NCBI GenBank assembly: GCA_038064835.1
Contig: JBBTSD010000006.1
Coordinates: forward strand, 7,669-71,668
Source of the DNA: Patescibacteria group bacterium
GTDB lineage: Bacteria; Patescibacteriota; Minisyncoccia; Phycocordibacterales; UBA2100
Direction: 5' to 3'
Length of the DNA stretch: 64,000 nucleotides
Part shown: piece after piece, positions 12,198 to 20,735 of the stretch
Layout of the letters: every line of letters begins with the position of its first letter
Position numbering within the stretch: the stretch's first letter is position 1
Position numbers and translations under genes: made by a program
Notes under the pieces: model-generated
What the model saw: only the letters and a program-made list of their open reading frames with translations
The model's database searches: none
What the model was told of the DNA's origin: nothing

Positions 12198-12446
12198 ATG
12201 AGCGCACAGACATTTCATCTCACTGTTGCTTCGGTGGGCGAGGCTGTATTCAACGATGATGCGATATCAGTGACACTCCCCGGAACAGAAGGTGTACTTA
12301 CTATACTCGCTCATCATGAGCCATTTGTGGCGGCCCTGAGAGATGGAAGTGCGCGCATTGTACAGGCAGACGGGGTGCACAAGGATATTGCTGTACATGG
12401 TGGAATTGTCGAGGTGTCAGATAACAAAGTTGCTATCTTGCTGTAA
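12198..12446 (+). CDS. atpC: F1 ATP synthase subunit epsilon, N-terminal beta domain only
   Basis: LPGTEG-x-LTILAHHEP, GGIVEV; ends at 82 aa. Confidence 0.9.
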   Translation: MSAQTFHLTVASVGEAVFNDDAISVTLPGTEGVLTILAHHEPFVAALRDGSARIVQADGVHKDIAVHGGIVEVSDNKVAILL

Positions 12447-12478
12447 ATGACAATCGAAAACCTTGCTATACTTTCTGG

Positions 12479-14050
12479 ATGCTTTCGCGTGGCGGCGTGC
12501 TTTTGGTGATAACCACCTTTTTATTTCCTTTCTCAGTTACGGCTGTCGAGCCGATGCTTGAATGTATTCAAATTCAATCAAATGGCACTGTTCAGAAAAT
12601 TGAACGGGCGCTCACAGCAAATCCCGGACCACAGACATTTACCATAGAGTTGCGAGCTGGTGCAACCGAGCTCGTGAAAGCTTTGCAGATTAGCAGTTTG
12701 GTAACCAGCGAAGAGATACGCGTTCGAGGAGCCAGGCTTCAGATTGTATCGGAATGTGGCTTACAGGGAGGCTCGGTGGGATCGGTAACTATCTGTGTTG
12801 ATGTACCCGCAGGGCGAGGGCCGGTTTGTGGTGTAAAAATCCCTAAAGACAAAGCTGAGACACTTGCGACGGTCGCGGCTGCTGCGTCAGGACCGAATCC
12901 TGCAGATGCCATGCGGCGACTTTCCGGGGGGACGGCAAGTTCGTTGGCCGAACGAATCCGTACGATGGACCCACGGCTTCTTTCGACATTTCGATTTCCA
13001 CCTGAGATTCGGACTTTACTCGAACAATCCGGACTTCCAATAGAGCACATACCTACCCTTGAGCAAGAGCTTCGGCGGAATCCTCGCAAATTAAGCGACC
13101 TGCTTTCAGCGATTGCTGCGGGCAATACTACGGCTGTTCGTCGCGAAACTGATTCTTTGCGCGCAACGGTGAGTAATCGAAGTTGGGGGACGATCACGAT
13201 AAATTCCCGGGCTTTGGCTGAAGGTATGGTGCGTCTGTATGCGCCAGACCCAGGGAGACTTGAGAATGTACTACCACAAGTGGTGCGCACCGCTATCGCG
13301 GCACCTGTGGTGGACGCAGAAGTTAGTGGTTTTATATGCGGTGTCACTGCACCTTGTGCGGCTGATGTGGTTGGTAGAGTTACGGGGTTTGATCCACCAC
13401 CTTTACCAGATGATGCTGCGCGAAGGCTGCTTGCTCGTACTGGTGTGGCCTTGCCGGTCAATCCAGACGCCGTGCAGCCAGCGGCGCCTCCAAGTCTCGT
13501 CTCTGTATCGCCTCCGCCTTTGACGAGAGAATCTGCACCTACGGCAGGAGATATTGTAGGGCGCACTGCAGGTACGCCATCGTTTTCAGAAGCAAATCCG
13601 TTTCGCTCAATTTTTTCTGGACTGGGCTCGCTCACGCAAACAAATTATAGTGGTATTGGGTCTTCAGGACTCAGTGGTCTGTTTTCTTCGCTTTTTGCTC
13701 GGATAAACCCGGTGCCTCTCGTTGCATCAGCCCCTATGCCATCTGCAGTAATTTCACCACCACTTCCGCCGTCTATAGCCCTTTTTTCGCGACCAAGAGG
13801 AAGTGTTACGCGAGGTTCGCGCGTCGTAGTCACCTGGGCTGCGGCCGGGGTAAGTACCACAGAGCCTTGCGTCTTGTCTGAGGCGACTCGAGGTGACACG
13901 CTCCTTGCTCGTGGAAATTCTGGGTCATTCGCACTTGTTGTACCGCAAGACGCTATCACCGCGTTAGTCCCAGTCATCCGTTGCACTCCCGCGGACTCTC
14001 GCGTATCGTCTAAGGACGCTGAAAAATCAATAATCATCCGCATTCAATAA
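12479..14050 (+). CDS. Secreted hypothetical protein, Pro/Ser-rich linker and C-terminal beta domain
   Basis: Signal-peptide-like N-terminus; paired Cys; upstream TGcTATACT promoter element. Confidence 0.75.
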   Translation: MLSRGGVLLVITTFLFPFSVTAVEPMLECIQIQSNGTVQKIERALTANPGPQTFTIELRAGATELVKALQISSLVTSEEIRVRGARLQIVSECGLQGGSVGSVTICVDVPAGRGPVCGVKIPKDKAETLATVAAAASGPNPADAMRRLSGGTASSLAERIRTMDPRLLSTFRFPPEIRTLLEQSGLPIEHIPTLEQELRRNPRKLSDLLSAIAAGNTTAVRRETDSLRATVSNRSWGTITINSRALAEGMVRLYAPDPGRLENVLPQVVRTAIAAPVVDAEVSGFICGVTAPCAADVVGRVTGFDPPPLPDDAARRLLARTGVALPVNPDAVQPAAPPSLVSVSPPPLTRESAPTAGDIVGRTAGTPSFSEANPFRSIFSGLGSLTQTNYSGIGSSGLSGLFSSLFARINPVPLVASAPMPSAVISPPLPPSIALFSRPRGSVTRGSRVVVTWAAAGVSTTEPCVLSEATRGDTLLARGNSGSFALVVPQDAITALVPVIRCTPADSRVSSKDAEKSIIIRIQ

Positions 14051-14052
14051 CT

Positions 14053-14334
14053 ATGAGTTTCACACGGACAATTGAAGACTTCACCTGTGCGCAGTGTGGT
14101 CTGCTAGTGCTTGGCGACGGCTACACGAATCACTGCACTGCATGTTTATGGAGCAAGCATGTAGATGTCGAACCTGGAGACCGAGCTGCGACATGTGGCG
14201 GCATGATGAAGCCGATTGCGGGCATCCGAAAAGGAGATTTGTGGGTAGTTCGCCAGAAATGTGAGCAATGCGGCCATGAACGAGAGAACCGCCTTTCCGC
14301 GCGGGATAGTTTTGGAGTGCTCGTGATGTTGTAG
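14053..14334 (+). CDS. RNHCP-domain zinc-binding protein
   Basis: F-x-C-x2-C...NHC-x2-CLWSKHVD..PGDRA..CGG-x-M, C-x2-C. Confidence 0.88.
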   Translation: MSFTRTIEDFTCAQCGLLVLGDGYTNHCTACLWSKHVDVEPGDRAATCGGMMKPIAGIRKGDLWVVRQKCEQCGHERENRLSARDSFGVLVML

Positions 14335-14389
14335 GATATTGCAAACCAGTGCGACCGTGGTATAATTTTTTTAGAAAAAGGAAAGGGAG

Positions 14390-14848
14390 ATGCCAATGTT
14401 GGATTTGGCTCGCATCGACTACATCGTGCTTACGAAATATGTTGAACCAACCGTTTGGCTAGTGGAAAAACAACGAGGGATCACACGATTTGGATTGGCC
14501 CGCGCCGCCCTGGCTGCCGCCACACTTTCAATTCTGATGTCCTTGTATGTGTCGGAAAATCACTCGTTCCTCTCGCTACTCTTGCTTGCGGCACTATGGT
14601 ACTTTAATGACCTCAGTCTTGATGCGCAAGAAATTGCCGATGCGGCAAAAGGGCATCCATACAACGAGTGGCGAGAACGCTGGGGTGTGCGTATCCTCGG
14701 CGCCGTTTTGATGCCAGGTGCGATTATCGCGCTTTCAGTGATTCGACCAGTCCCCGTGGGTGCAATCGAAGCGCTCTTTCTCATAGGAGCGCTCGTAATT
14801 TTCATGGGGTATCAATACATCATTTCATGTAACCCTCCGCCCTACTGA
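14390..14848 (+). CDS. Hypothetical membrane protein (paralog A)
   Basis: About 4 TM segments; SD upstream; similar to the convergent neighbour. Confidence 0.75.
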   Translation: MPMLDLARIDYIVLTKYVEPTVWLVEKQRGITRFGLARAALAAATLSILMSLYVSENHSFLSLLLLAALWYFNDLSLDAQEIADAAKGHPYNEWRERWGVRILGAVLMPGAIIALSVIRPVPVGAIEALFLIGALVIFMGYQYIISCNPPPY

Positions 14849-14854
14849 TATGAG

Positions 14855-14877
14855 AAGACCCTGCAATGCAGGGTCTT
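14855..14877. terminator. Terminator between convergent paralogs
   Basis: AAGACCCTGCA-a-TGCAGGGTCTT followed by a T run. Confidence 0.85.
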
Positions 14878-14900
14878 GTTTTTTTACGACAGTCCAATCT

Positions 14901-15428
14901 TCATCGGGGAACGCGAATTGGCATTTGCGTGAGCGATTCGCGGGGACTCGGGTGGTATCGTGGCGGCATCCGATTGCACGCCATGAGATACTGCGATGCC
15001 ACAAAGAACGCGAGCATTAGGCTTATCACTACCAAATTGAAAACACGATCAGGGTCGGCACTTGAGACCAACCACAACAGTCGGACCACTGTACCCATAG
15101 CAATAATCGCTGTTGTAGAGCGGATAACTGCCGGCTTTGGTTCTTGGAGTGGATTGACCGTGCCAGTTTTGCCAAGTGATTGCTCAACTACCCGCAGAAA
15201 ACGGTCTTCCAAAAATCCTACGAACGGACAAAATGCGACCCCAATCCATGCAATAGGCATAGCCAGCAAGGCGGTTTTCCCCAAAAGAACAGTAGCGCAT
15301 AGCCACACAAGGCTTGTGCACAAGCGCCCAAGAGCATACGAGTTCCAACCGCTATGGTACTCGAGGCGCCAGGCAAGTGGCTCTACTTTGCCAAGTATCC
15401 ATCGGTCGAGTGCAACGACACTTTCCAT
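14901..15428 (-). CDS. Hypothetical membrane protein (paralog B)
   Basis: About 4 TM segments; GGAG SD before ATG 15428; shares VEP-x2-W and C-terminal YxxxCN..PP motifs with paralog A. Confidence 0.75.
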   Translation of the reverse strand: MESVVALDRWILGKVEPLAWRLEYHSGWNSYALGRLCTSLVWLCATVLLGKTALLAMPIAWIGVAFCPFVGFLEDRFLRVVEQSLGKTGTVNPLQEPKPAVIRSTTAIIAMGTVVRLLWLVSSADPDRVFNLVVISLMLAFFVASQYLMACNRMPPRYHPSPRESLTQMPIRVPR

Positions 15429-15552
15429 GAGAGGCTCCCACGCACTGTACTGCAACTATAATACAACAAATATTCTGATTGTAAATAGTTTCGGAGTCTG
15501 TCACACCTGGGGATTTTGCATCGCGTCGATTTTTCTCGTGTATCATGGGTAT

Positions 15553-16134
15553 ATGGAAAAGCGAAAAATTTTCGTTCTGTTGGGAAACCCTGACAAAGAG
15601 TCTTTTACTGCATCACTCGCTCAAACATACGAAGATGCCGCTAAGGGCGCAGGGCACGAAATTAGGCGTATGAATATTGGTGACATGCAATTCGATCCCG
15701 TTTTGCAAAAAGGGTACAAAGAAATCCAAGAGCTTGAAGGACATTTAAAGGAGATGCAGGAGAATATCCGGTGGGCCGAGCACTTCGTAGTGGTATATCC
15801 AAATTGGTGGTGTTCCATGCCGGCAAAACTCAAGGGAATGTTTGACCGCGCATGGCTTCCTGGATTTGCCTTTAATTTCGACAAAGAGACACATGAGGTC
15901 ATTCAGCGTCTCAAAGGAAAGACGGCTCGAGTTATTGTGGTTGCTGGCACACAGAGTCCTTTTATGACCTGGTGGAAGTATGGCGACTTCACTAATGAGA
16001 TTTCACGAGGCATCCTCGGTTTTGCCGGATTCGATGTTGCTGTAACGACTTTTGGGCCTGCAGATTGCTGTCAGCCGTGCGACCGTGATGGCTGGGTAGC
16101 TTGCACCAAGTCACTTGGCGCGGCAGCTTCCTAA
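15553..16134 (+). CDS. Flavodoxin-fold NAD(P)H-dependent oxidoreductase (MdaB/KefF-like)
   Basis: GNPDKESF, YPNWW-x-SMPAKLKGMFDR; true start ATG 15553 within the longer track ORF. Confidence 0.88.
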   Translation: MEKRKIFVLLGNPDKESFTASLAQTYEDAAKGAGHEIRRMNIGDMQFDPVLQKGYKEIQELEGHLKEMQENIRWAEHFVVVYPNWWCSMPAKLKGMFDRAWLPGFAFNFDKETHEVIQRLKGKTARVIVVAGTQSPFMTWWKYGDFTNEISRGILGFAGFDVAVTTFGPADCCQPCDRDGWVACTKSLGAAAS

Positions 16135-16211
16135 GCAAGTTGAATACGCTATACTTCTGACAGCTACCGGCATCTGAAAGGGTGCTTTGTTCGCTACAAA
16201 CGGAGAAGAGA

Positions 16212-17765
16212 ATGTCCGTGCCAGAAGTGGTCATAATCGAGCTTGGTTCCCAGTACACGCTACTTATCCAGCGCTCCTTGCGCGAACTTGGTGTTCGTTC
16301 GGTCGTTTTTGACCCTGTGGGTGCCCAAAAATGGCTGGGTAAGCATATACCCAGTGCCGTAATTCTTTCTGGGGGGGCCGCAAGTGTTTGTGATAAGGAC
16401 GCACCGCAACCTCCTAAAAGCATCTTGTCGCTCAAGCGGATTGATGGTAGGCCAGTGCCAATCCTCGGCATTTGCTACGGAATGCAGTGGTTGGCGCAAA
16501 AGCTTGGTGGGGAAGTACACTCATCGTTGGGGCATAAGGAATATGGCAGTGCCAAAATTCAATTCATTGGACCATCCAACGATCCGGTGTTTGCGGGCCC
16601 ACTTGTGCAAGAAGTATGGATGAGTCATGGCGACACGGTCACGAAAGTACCACCTGGCTTTCAAGTACTTGCCGTTGGCAGGTGGTCCTCAAAAGAACGG
16701 CTATGTCCGCCTGTCATGATGACCGACGGTAGCAGGTGGGGCGTACAGTTTCATCCCGAGGTCACCCACACAGTGCACGGCAAGGAAATGTTAGAAAACT
16801 TCTTGCATAGTGCAGGGTGTAAGAAGGATTGGGTCCCTAGGTCGCTCATTGCTCAAATCCAAGACCATGCGCAGCGAGAAATTGGGAATCGTCGTGCAAT
16901 CTTCGGGTTCAGTGGCGGTGTTGATTCGACAACAATGTTGGCGATACTCGCACCCATCCTCAAAGATCGGCTACTTGCGCTCACTGTTGATGCAGGGCAA
17001 TTGCGCGAGGGTGAAGTTGAAGAGATTCGTGTCCATGCACAAGCGGTTGGCGCGACATTACGCGTCATGGATGTGCGACAAGAATTCCAAGAGGCTCTTT
17101 CTGGGGCTGTAGATGCTGAAGAAAAGCGCAATCTTTTCAAGCAGGCCTACTCACATTGCTTTGTGCGCGCTGCGAAAGAATTTGGAGCTGCAGTGGTGTT
17201 ACAAGGCACACTTGCGCCAGACCGCATTGAATCAGGTGTGACCGGTGGGGTTCTCATAAAATCACACCATAACATTGGCTTGGATATGGGGGACTTGACA
17301 CAAATTCACCCGATAGATCACTTGTTCAAATACGAGATCCGCGCACTTGCACAAGAAATTGGGCTACCGGAAAGTGTGTCGAAGCGACAGCCATTTCCGG
17401 GGCCAGGTTTGTTTGTGCGCATCATCGGAGTTCCCGCGACTCTTGAAAAACTTGCCGTGGTGCGCTGGGCAGATGCTCGCGTCCGCGAGATACTCATCCG
17501 GCACGGAAAGTATAATCAGTTGTCGCAGCTGGTGGTTGCCTATGTTGGGGTAAACACCGTTGGCGTAAAGGGGGATGCCCGAGTTTACGGGGGTGCTATC
17601 GTTGTGAGGGCTGTTGATACGGTCGACTTTATGACCGCAGAGGGGGTCCATTTCTCAGATGAGGTTGAGAAGGATATTTCCAGCGAACTCACTCGCCATC
17701 CAGATATTGTCCGTGTGTGGTACGACCCAACAAAAAAGCCACCGGCGACAACTGAGCTGGAGTGA
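16212..17765 (+). CDS. guaA: GMP synthase (glutamine-hydrolysing)
   Basis: GSQY, GICYGMQ, QFHPE, SGGVDS, IKSHHN, PFPGPGL, KPPATTELE. Confidence 0.97.
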   Translation: MSVPEVVIIELGSQYTLLIQRSLRELGVRSVVFDPVGAQKWLGKHIPSAVILSGGAASVCDKDAPQPPKSILSLKRIDGRPVPILGICYGMQWLAQKLGGEVHSSLGHKEYGSAKIQFIGPSNDPVFAGPLVQEVWMSHGDTVTKVPPGFQVLAVGRWSSKERLCPPVMMTDGSRWGVQFHPEVTHTVHGKEMLENFLHSAGCKKDWVPRSLIAQIQDHAQREIGNRRAIFGFSGGVDSTTMLAILAPILKDRLLALTVDAGQLREGEVEEIRVHAQAVGATLRVMDVRQEFQEALSGAVDAEEKRNLFKQAYSHCFVRAAKEFGAAVVLQGTLAPDRIESGVTGGVLIKSHHNIGLDMGDLTQIHPIDHLFKYEIRALAQEIGLPESVSKRQPFPGPGLFVRIIGVPATLEKLAVVRWADARVREILIRHGKYNQLSQLVVAYVGVNTVGVKGDARVYGGAIVVRAVDTVDFMTAEGVHFSDEVEKDISSELTRHPDIVRVWYDPTKKPPATTELE

Positions 17766-17776
17766 CTAACGATTTT

Positions 17777-17808
17777 CGCGCCTTGTGTCTTAACACGAGG
17801 CGCGTTTT
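17777..17808 (+). terminator. Terminator after guaA
   Basis: CGCGCCTTGTGT-ctta-ACACGAGGCGCG-TTTT. Confidence 0.8.
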
Positions 17809-17870
17809 CTTGTTTGCCAAGGTCCTCGCGTTTTTAGCAAAGTGTGTGAGATAATCTGCAGGCTACATCT

Positions 17871-19067
17871 ATGCTGGATTCTCAGGGACATCTTGTGACT
17901 GGAGCAACAGGCTTTATTGGGAGGCATCTTGTCAGAGAGCTGTTGGCGCGCAATGAGCGCGTGTGGATTTTGGTGCGCTCCACCACAACCCAGACGGCAC
18001 ATGATCGGGCACGCGCTGTTTTTAGCACAGCGTTAGATTCTGGATTTTTGATTGTTTTGGAAGGTGATATTGTCAAACCTGACATGGGTCTTGATGGAAA
18101 AAGTCTTGCCGAGCTTTCCAAAGAAAAAATCACACTGTGGCACTTGGCTGCAGATCTATCGTTTTCACCAAAAAAAAGTGCCGTGGCGGAGCGCACGAAT
18201 CGAGAGGGAACCGCGCAAGTTGTTACTTTTGCCAATCGTTACGCCACTCGTCTTATACACATGAGTACGGCCTATGTCTGCGGGGATACGACAAGGCTTT
18301 TTACAGAAAGCGATTTTGATGTGGGCCAGCGATTTCGTAATCACTACGAGCGGTCAAAATTTGCCGCAGAGAAAATAGTGCAGGATCAGTGCGTTGTGCC
18401 TCATCTCATTTTCCGCCCCTCTATCGTGATTGGCGATGCCTACGAGGGTAAAGCAGAGGGGTGTACATTTGGATATTATCGCTTCGCGTTCATGTTACAT
18501 GTCTTTCAGGTATGGCTTTTGACAACACTAAACCGAGGCTCCGTAGGTGCGTTGGTTTTGCGTACACTCGGTACGCGTACTTCATCCAAAGACGATGTGG
18601 TACGAGCACCTTGGCTTCTGGTGCCCTATCCTACAGACGGTTTTGTCGATATGGTGCCGATCGATTATGTGGTCCAGTCTCTTATCCAGACGATGTTGCG
18701 GGCAGAGGCATGGCGCCTAAAAACATTTCATTTGACACAAAGGACTCCTCTTGAATCGCGCGTGGTGATGGATCAAACGATGCAAGACATGGGCATTACG
18801 GGAGTGCATTATCTACAGGTGCCCTCGTGGGTTTTTTTCTCTCTGGTACAGATTCTCTATACAATTTTATGGCCACTACGACCTTACACAAAATCGGTTC
18901 TCTGGTATTTGCCCTATGTTGCGCGACCGTATCATTTTGACCATGCACATATGGACGCACTGGGATTACCTGCTCCTTCTCAGCTATCTCGCGGGTTTCT
19001 ACAACGAATTAATCGTCATGCGAAAGATACGGTTTTCTCAACAATCAGTCTCGATAAGCTTTTTTGA
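17871..19067 (+). CDS. Extended SDR, fatty acyl-CoA/thioester reductase-like
   Basis: TGATGFIG, HLAA, STAYV, YERSK, RPSIV motifs. Confidence 0.85.
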   Translation: MLDSQGHLVTGATGFIGRHLVRELLARNERVWILVRSTTTQTAHDRARAVFSTALDSGFLIVLEGDIVKPDMGLDGKSLAELSKEKITLWHLAADLSFSPKKSAVAERTNREGTAQVVTFANRYATRLIHMSTAYVCGDTTRLFTESDFDVGQRFRNHYERSKFAAEKIVQDQCVVPHLIFRPSIVIGDAYEGKAEGCTFGYYRFAFMLHVFQVWLLTTLNRGSVGALVLRTLGTRTSSKDDVVRAPWLLVPYPTDGFVDMVPIDYVVQSLIQTMLRAEAWRLKTFHLTQRTPLESRVVMDQTMQDMGITGVHYLQVPSWVFFSLVQILYTILWPLRPYTKSVLWYLPYVARPYHFDHAHMDALGLPAPSQLSRGFLQRINRHAKDTVFSTISLDKLF

Positions 19068-19070
19068 TGT

Positions 19071-19838
19071 ATGTATACCATCTCATTAGACAAAATGCGA
19101 AGCAGTAACAAAGATCGTGCGGGAGCCAAAGGAGCGACACTGGGCGAAATAATATCTCTCGGGCTACCTGTTCCGCCGGGATTTGTGGTGACTACCGAAG
19201 TGTGGGAAGAATGGCGTGAAGGTGGTGTCAGTGCTGAAGTGGCGCACGCTATCGAAACAGCAAGCGATCTTCTCAAAACCGAGCGATTTGCCGTGCGATC
19301 GAGCGCGACCGTTGAAGACGGATCTGACTCTGCATGGGCAGGACAATTTCGTACATTTCTTGATGTCGATCAGGAACATCTTGTTGCAAAAGTTTGTGAG
19401 TGCATGGCATCCGCACTACTACCTGGTGCGCGTGCCTATGGAGAGCAGAAGAGTGTTCGTGCCGAGAATGTCCCGGTCGCAGTAGTGGTGCAAGCCATGA
19501 TTCACCCCGCAACGGCAGGAGTCGCATTTTCGATGAATCCGGTCACCGGCAATCGTGACCAAGCACTTATCGAAGCGGTGAGCGGGTTGGGTCTAGGTGT
19601 CGTTGATGGGACACAGACACCGGATACATATATTTTTTCCAAACTAGATAGGTCGGTAGTGTCTATCCAATCGGGTGTGGACTCTTCACCGGGGGTTCTA
19701 CAAGGAGCACACGCGCAAGATATTTTGCAACATGTGCTTACACTCGAAGCGCATTTTGGTTGTCCGCAAGATATGGAATGGGCGTATGCGCACGAAGTGT
19801 GTTGGGTACTTCAAAGTCGACCTGTAACAACTCTTTAG
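19071..19838 (+). CDS. Stand-alone ATP-grasp domain of PEP synthase/dikinase family
   Basis: GAKGATL, PVPPGFV, AVRSSA-x2-ED, AGQF, QDMEW, LQSRPVT. Confidence 0.9.
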   Translation: MYTISLDKMRSSNKDRAGAKGATLGEIISLGLPVPPGFVVTTEVWEEWREGGVSAEVAHAIETASDLLKTERFAVRSSATVEDGSDSAWAGQFRTFLDVDQEHLVAKVCECMASALLPGARAYGEQKSVRAENVPVAVVVQAMIHPATAGVAFSMNPVTGNRDQALIEAVSGLGLGVVDGTQTPDTYIFSKLDRSVVSIQSGVDSSPGVLQGAHAQDILQHVLTLEAHFGCPQDMEWAYAHEVCWVLQSRPVTTL

Positions 19839-19841
19839 TCT

Positions 19842-20735
19842 ATGCAAAGATTTCTTTTGTACATCAACGAACGCTTCTCTCCTGTCCAGCTTGTACCCCT
19901 CGCGGTGTTGTTTGGTTGTGCGATTGGTACTCTAGGGCCTACCCTTGCGGGGGTACCAATTGAGAGTTATAGGATCGTCGCGATTATTAGTGCGCTTTTT
20001 CTTTTTTTATTTCGGCTACGAGTCTTGGACGACATTAAAGATCATGGACACGACAGTGTGCACCATCGTGACCGCCCGGGCGCGCGCGGTATTATCGGGC
20101 AACGCGAGCTTGCTTGGACGGCAGGTGCGACAATCGTGCTCGAGGCCGTCATTGCCTATTTGTTTGGCCTCGTGCCTTTTATCGCCTTCCTTGTGATGAG
20201 TGTGTATGCTGGTGTTTTGTTTATAGAAGCTCTTGCTCGTGACCGAATACGGGATTTTTTTACACCGTACATTGTCCTTCATGAACTTTTGCTAGTACCT
20301 TTACTTGTCTATCTGTGTCTACTGGCGGCCGTGCCGATTGTTGCACTCGCCACATTTCCCCTTCTAGCGCTACTCGCTTTTCTCGGCGCCCTCTTTTTTG
20401 CGATCGAGGTTGCGCGTAAACTACGCGCACCGCAAGAAGAGGGGACTGGGAAGGATACTTACACGGCGCAGTACGGGGTACGAGGTGCCACGCTACTATT
20501 GTGTAGTACGGTCTTTGTTGCCTATGGTGCAATGGCCATAATTGCCTCTCAAACTACGCAAAAATCTGTAATTGCGTACCTACTGGGATTTCTTGTCTTT
20601 TTTGCGCTTTGTTATAACGCATTTTATTTTGCCTCTGTTCCAGTGCCAAGAAATGCCCGAGTATTGTTTGTAACTACTGTCGGATCTGTCGCCTTCTTTC
20701 TTGCGCTGTTACCCGGTATGCTATGGCTCTTATGA
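19842..20735 (+). CDS. UbiA-superfamily prenyltransferase-like membrane protein
   Basis: Asp-rich DDIKDHGHD...RP-x2-RG loop, TYTAQYG second loop, many TM helices. Confidence 0.75.
   Translation: MQRFLLYINERFSPVQLVPLAVLFGCAIGTLGPTLAGVPIESYRIVAIISALFLFLFRLRVLDDIKDHGHDSVHHRDRPGARGIIGQRELAWTAGATIVLEAVIAYLFGLVPFIAFLVMSVYAGVLFIEALARDRIRDFFTPYIVLHELLLVPLLVYLCLLAAVPIVALATFPLLALLAFLGALFFAIEVARKLRAPQEEGTGKDTYTAQYGVRGATLLLCSTVFVAYGAMAIIASQTTQKSVIAYLLGFLVFFALCYNAFYFASVPVPRNARVLFVTTVGSVAFFLALLPGMLWLL

Noticed and set aside
12739-13635. 298-aa minus-strand ORF
   Set aside because: Shadow of the 523-aa plus-strand gene; no motifs or start signals
14866-15552. N-terminal 229 aa of the 422-aa track ORF
   Set aside because: Antisense shadow of the membrane gene; the flavodoxin-fold gene starts at 15553 behind its own -10 element
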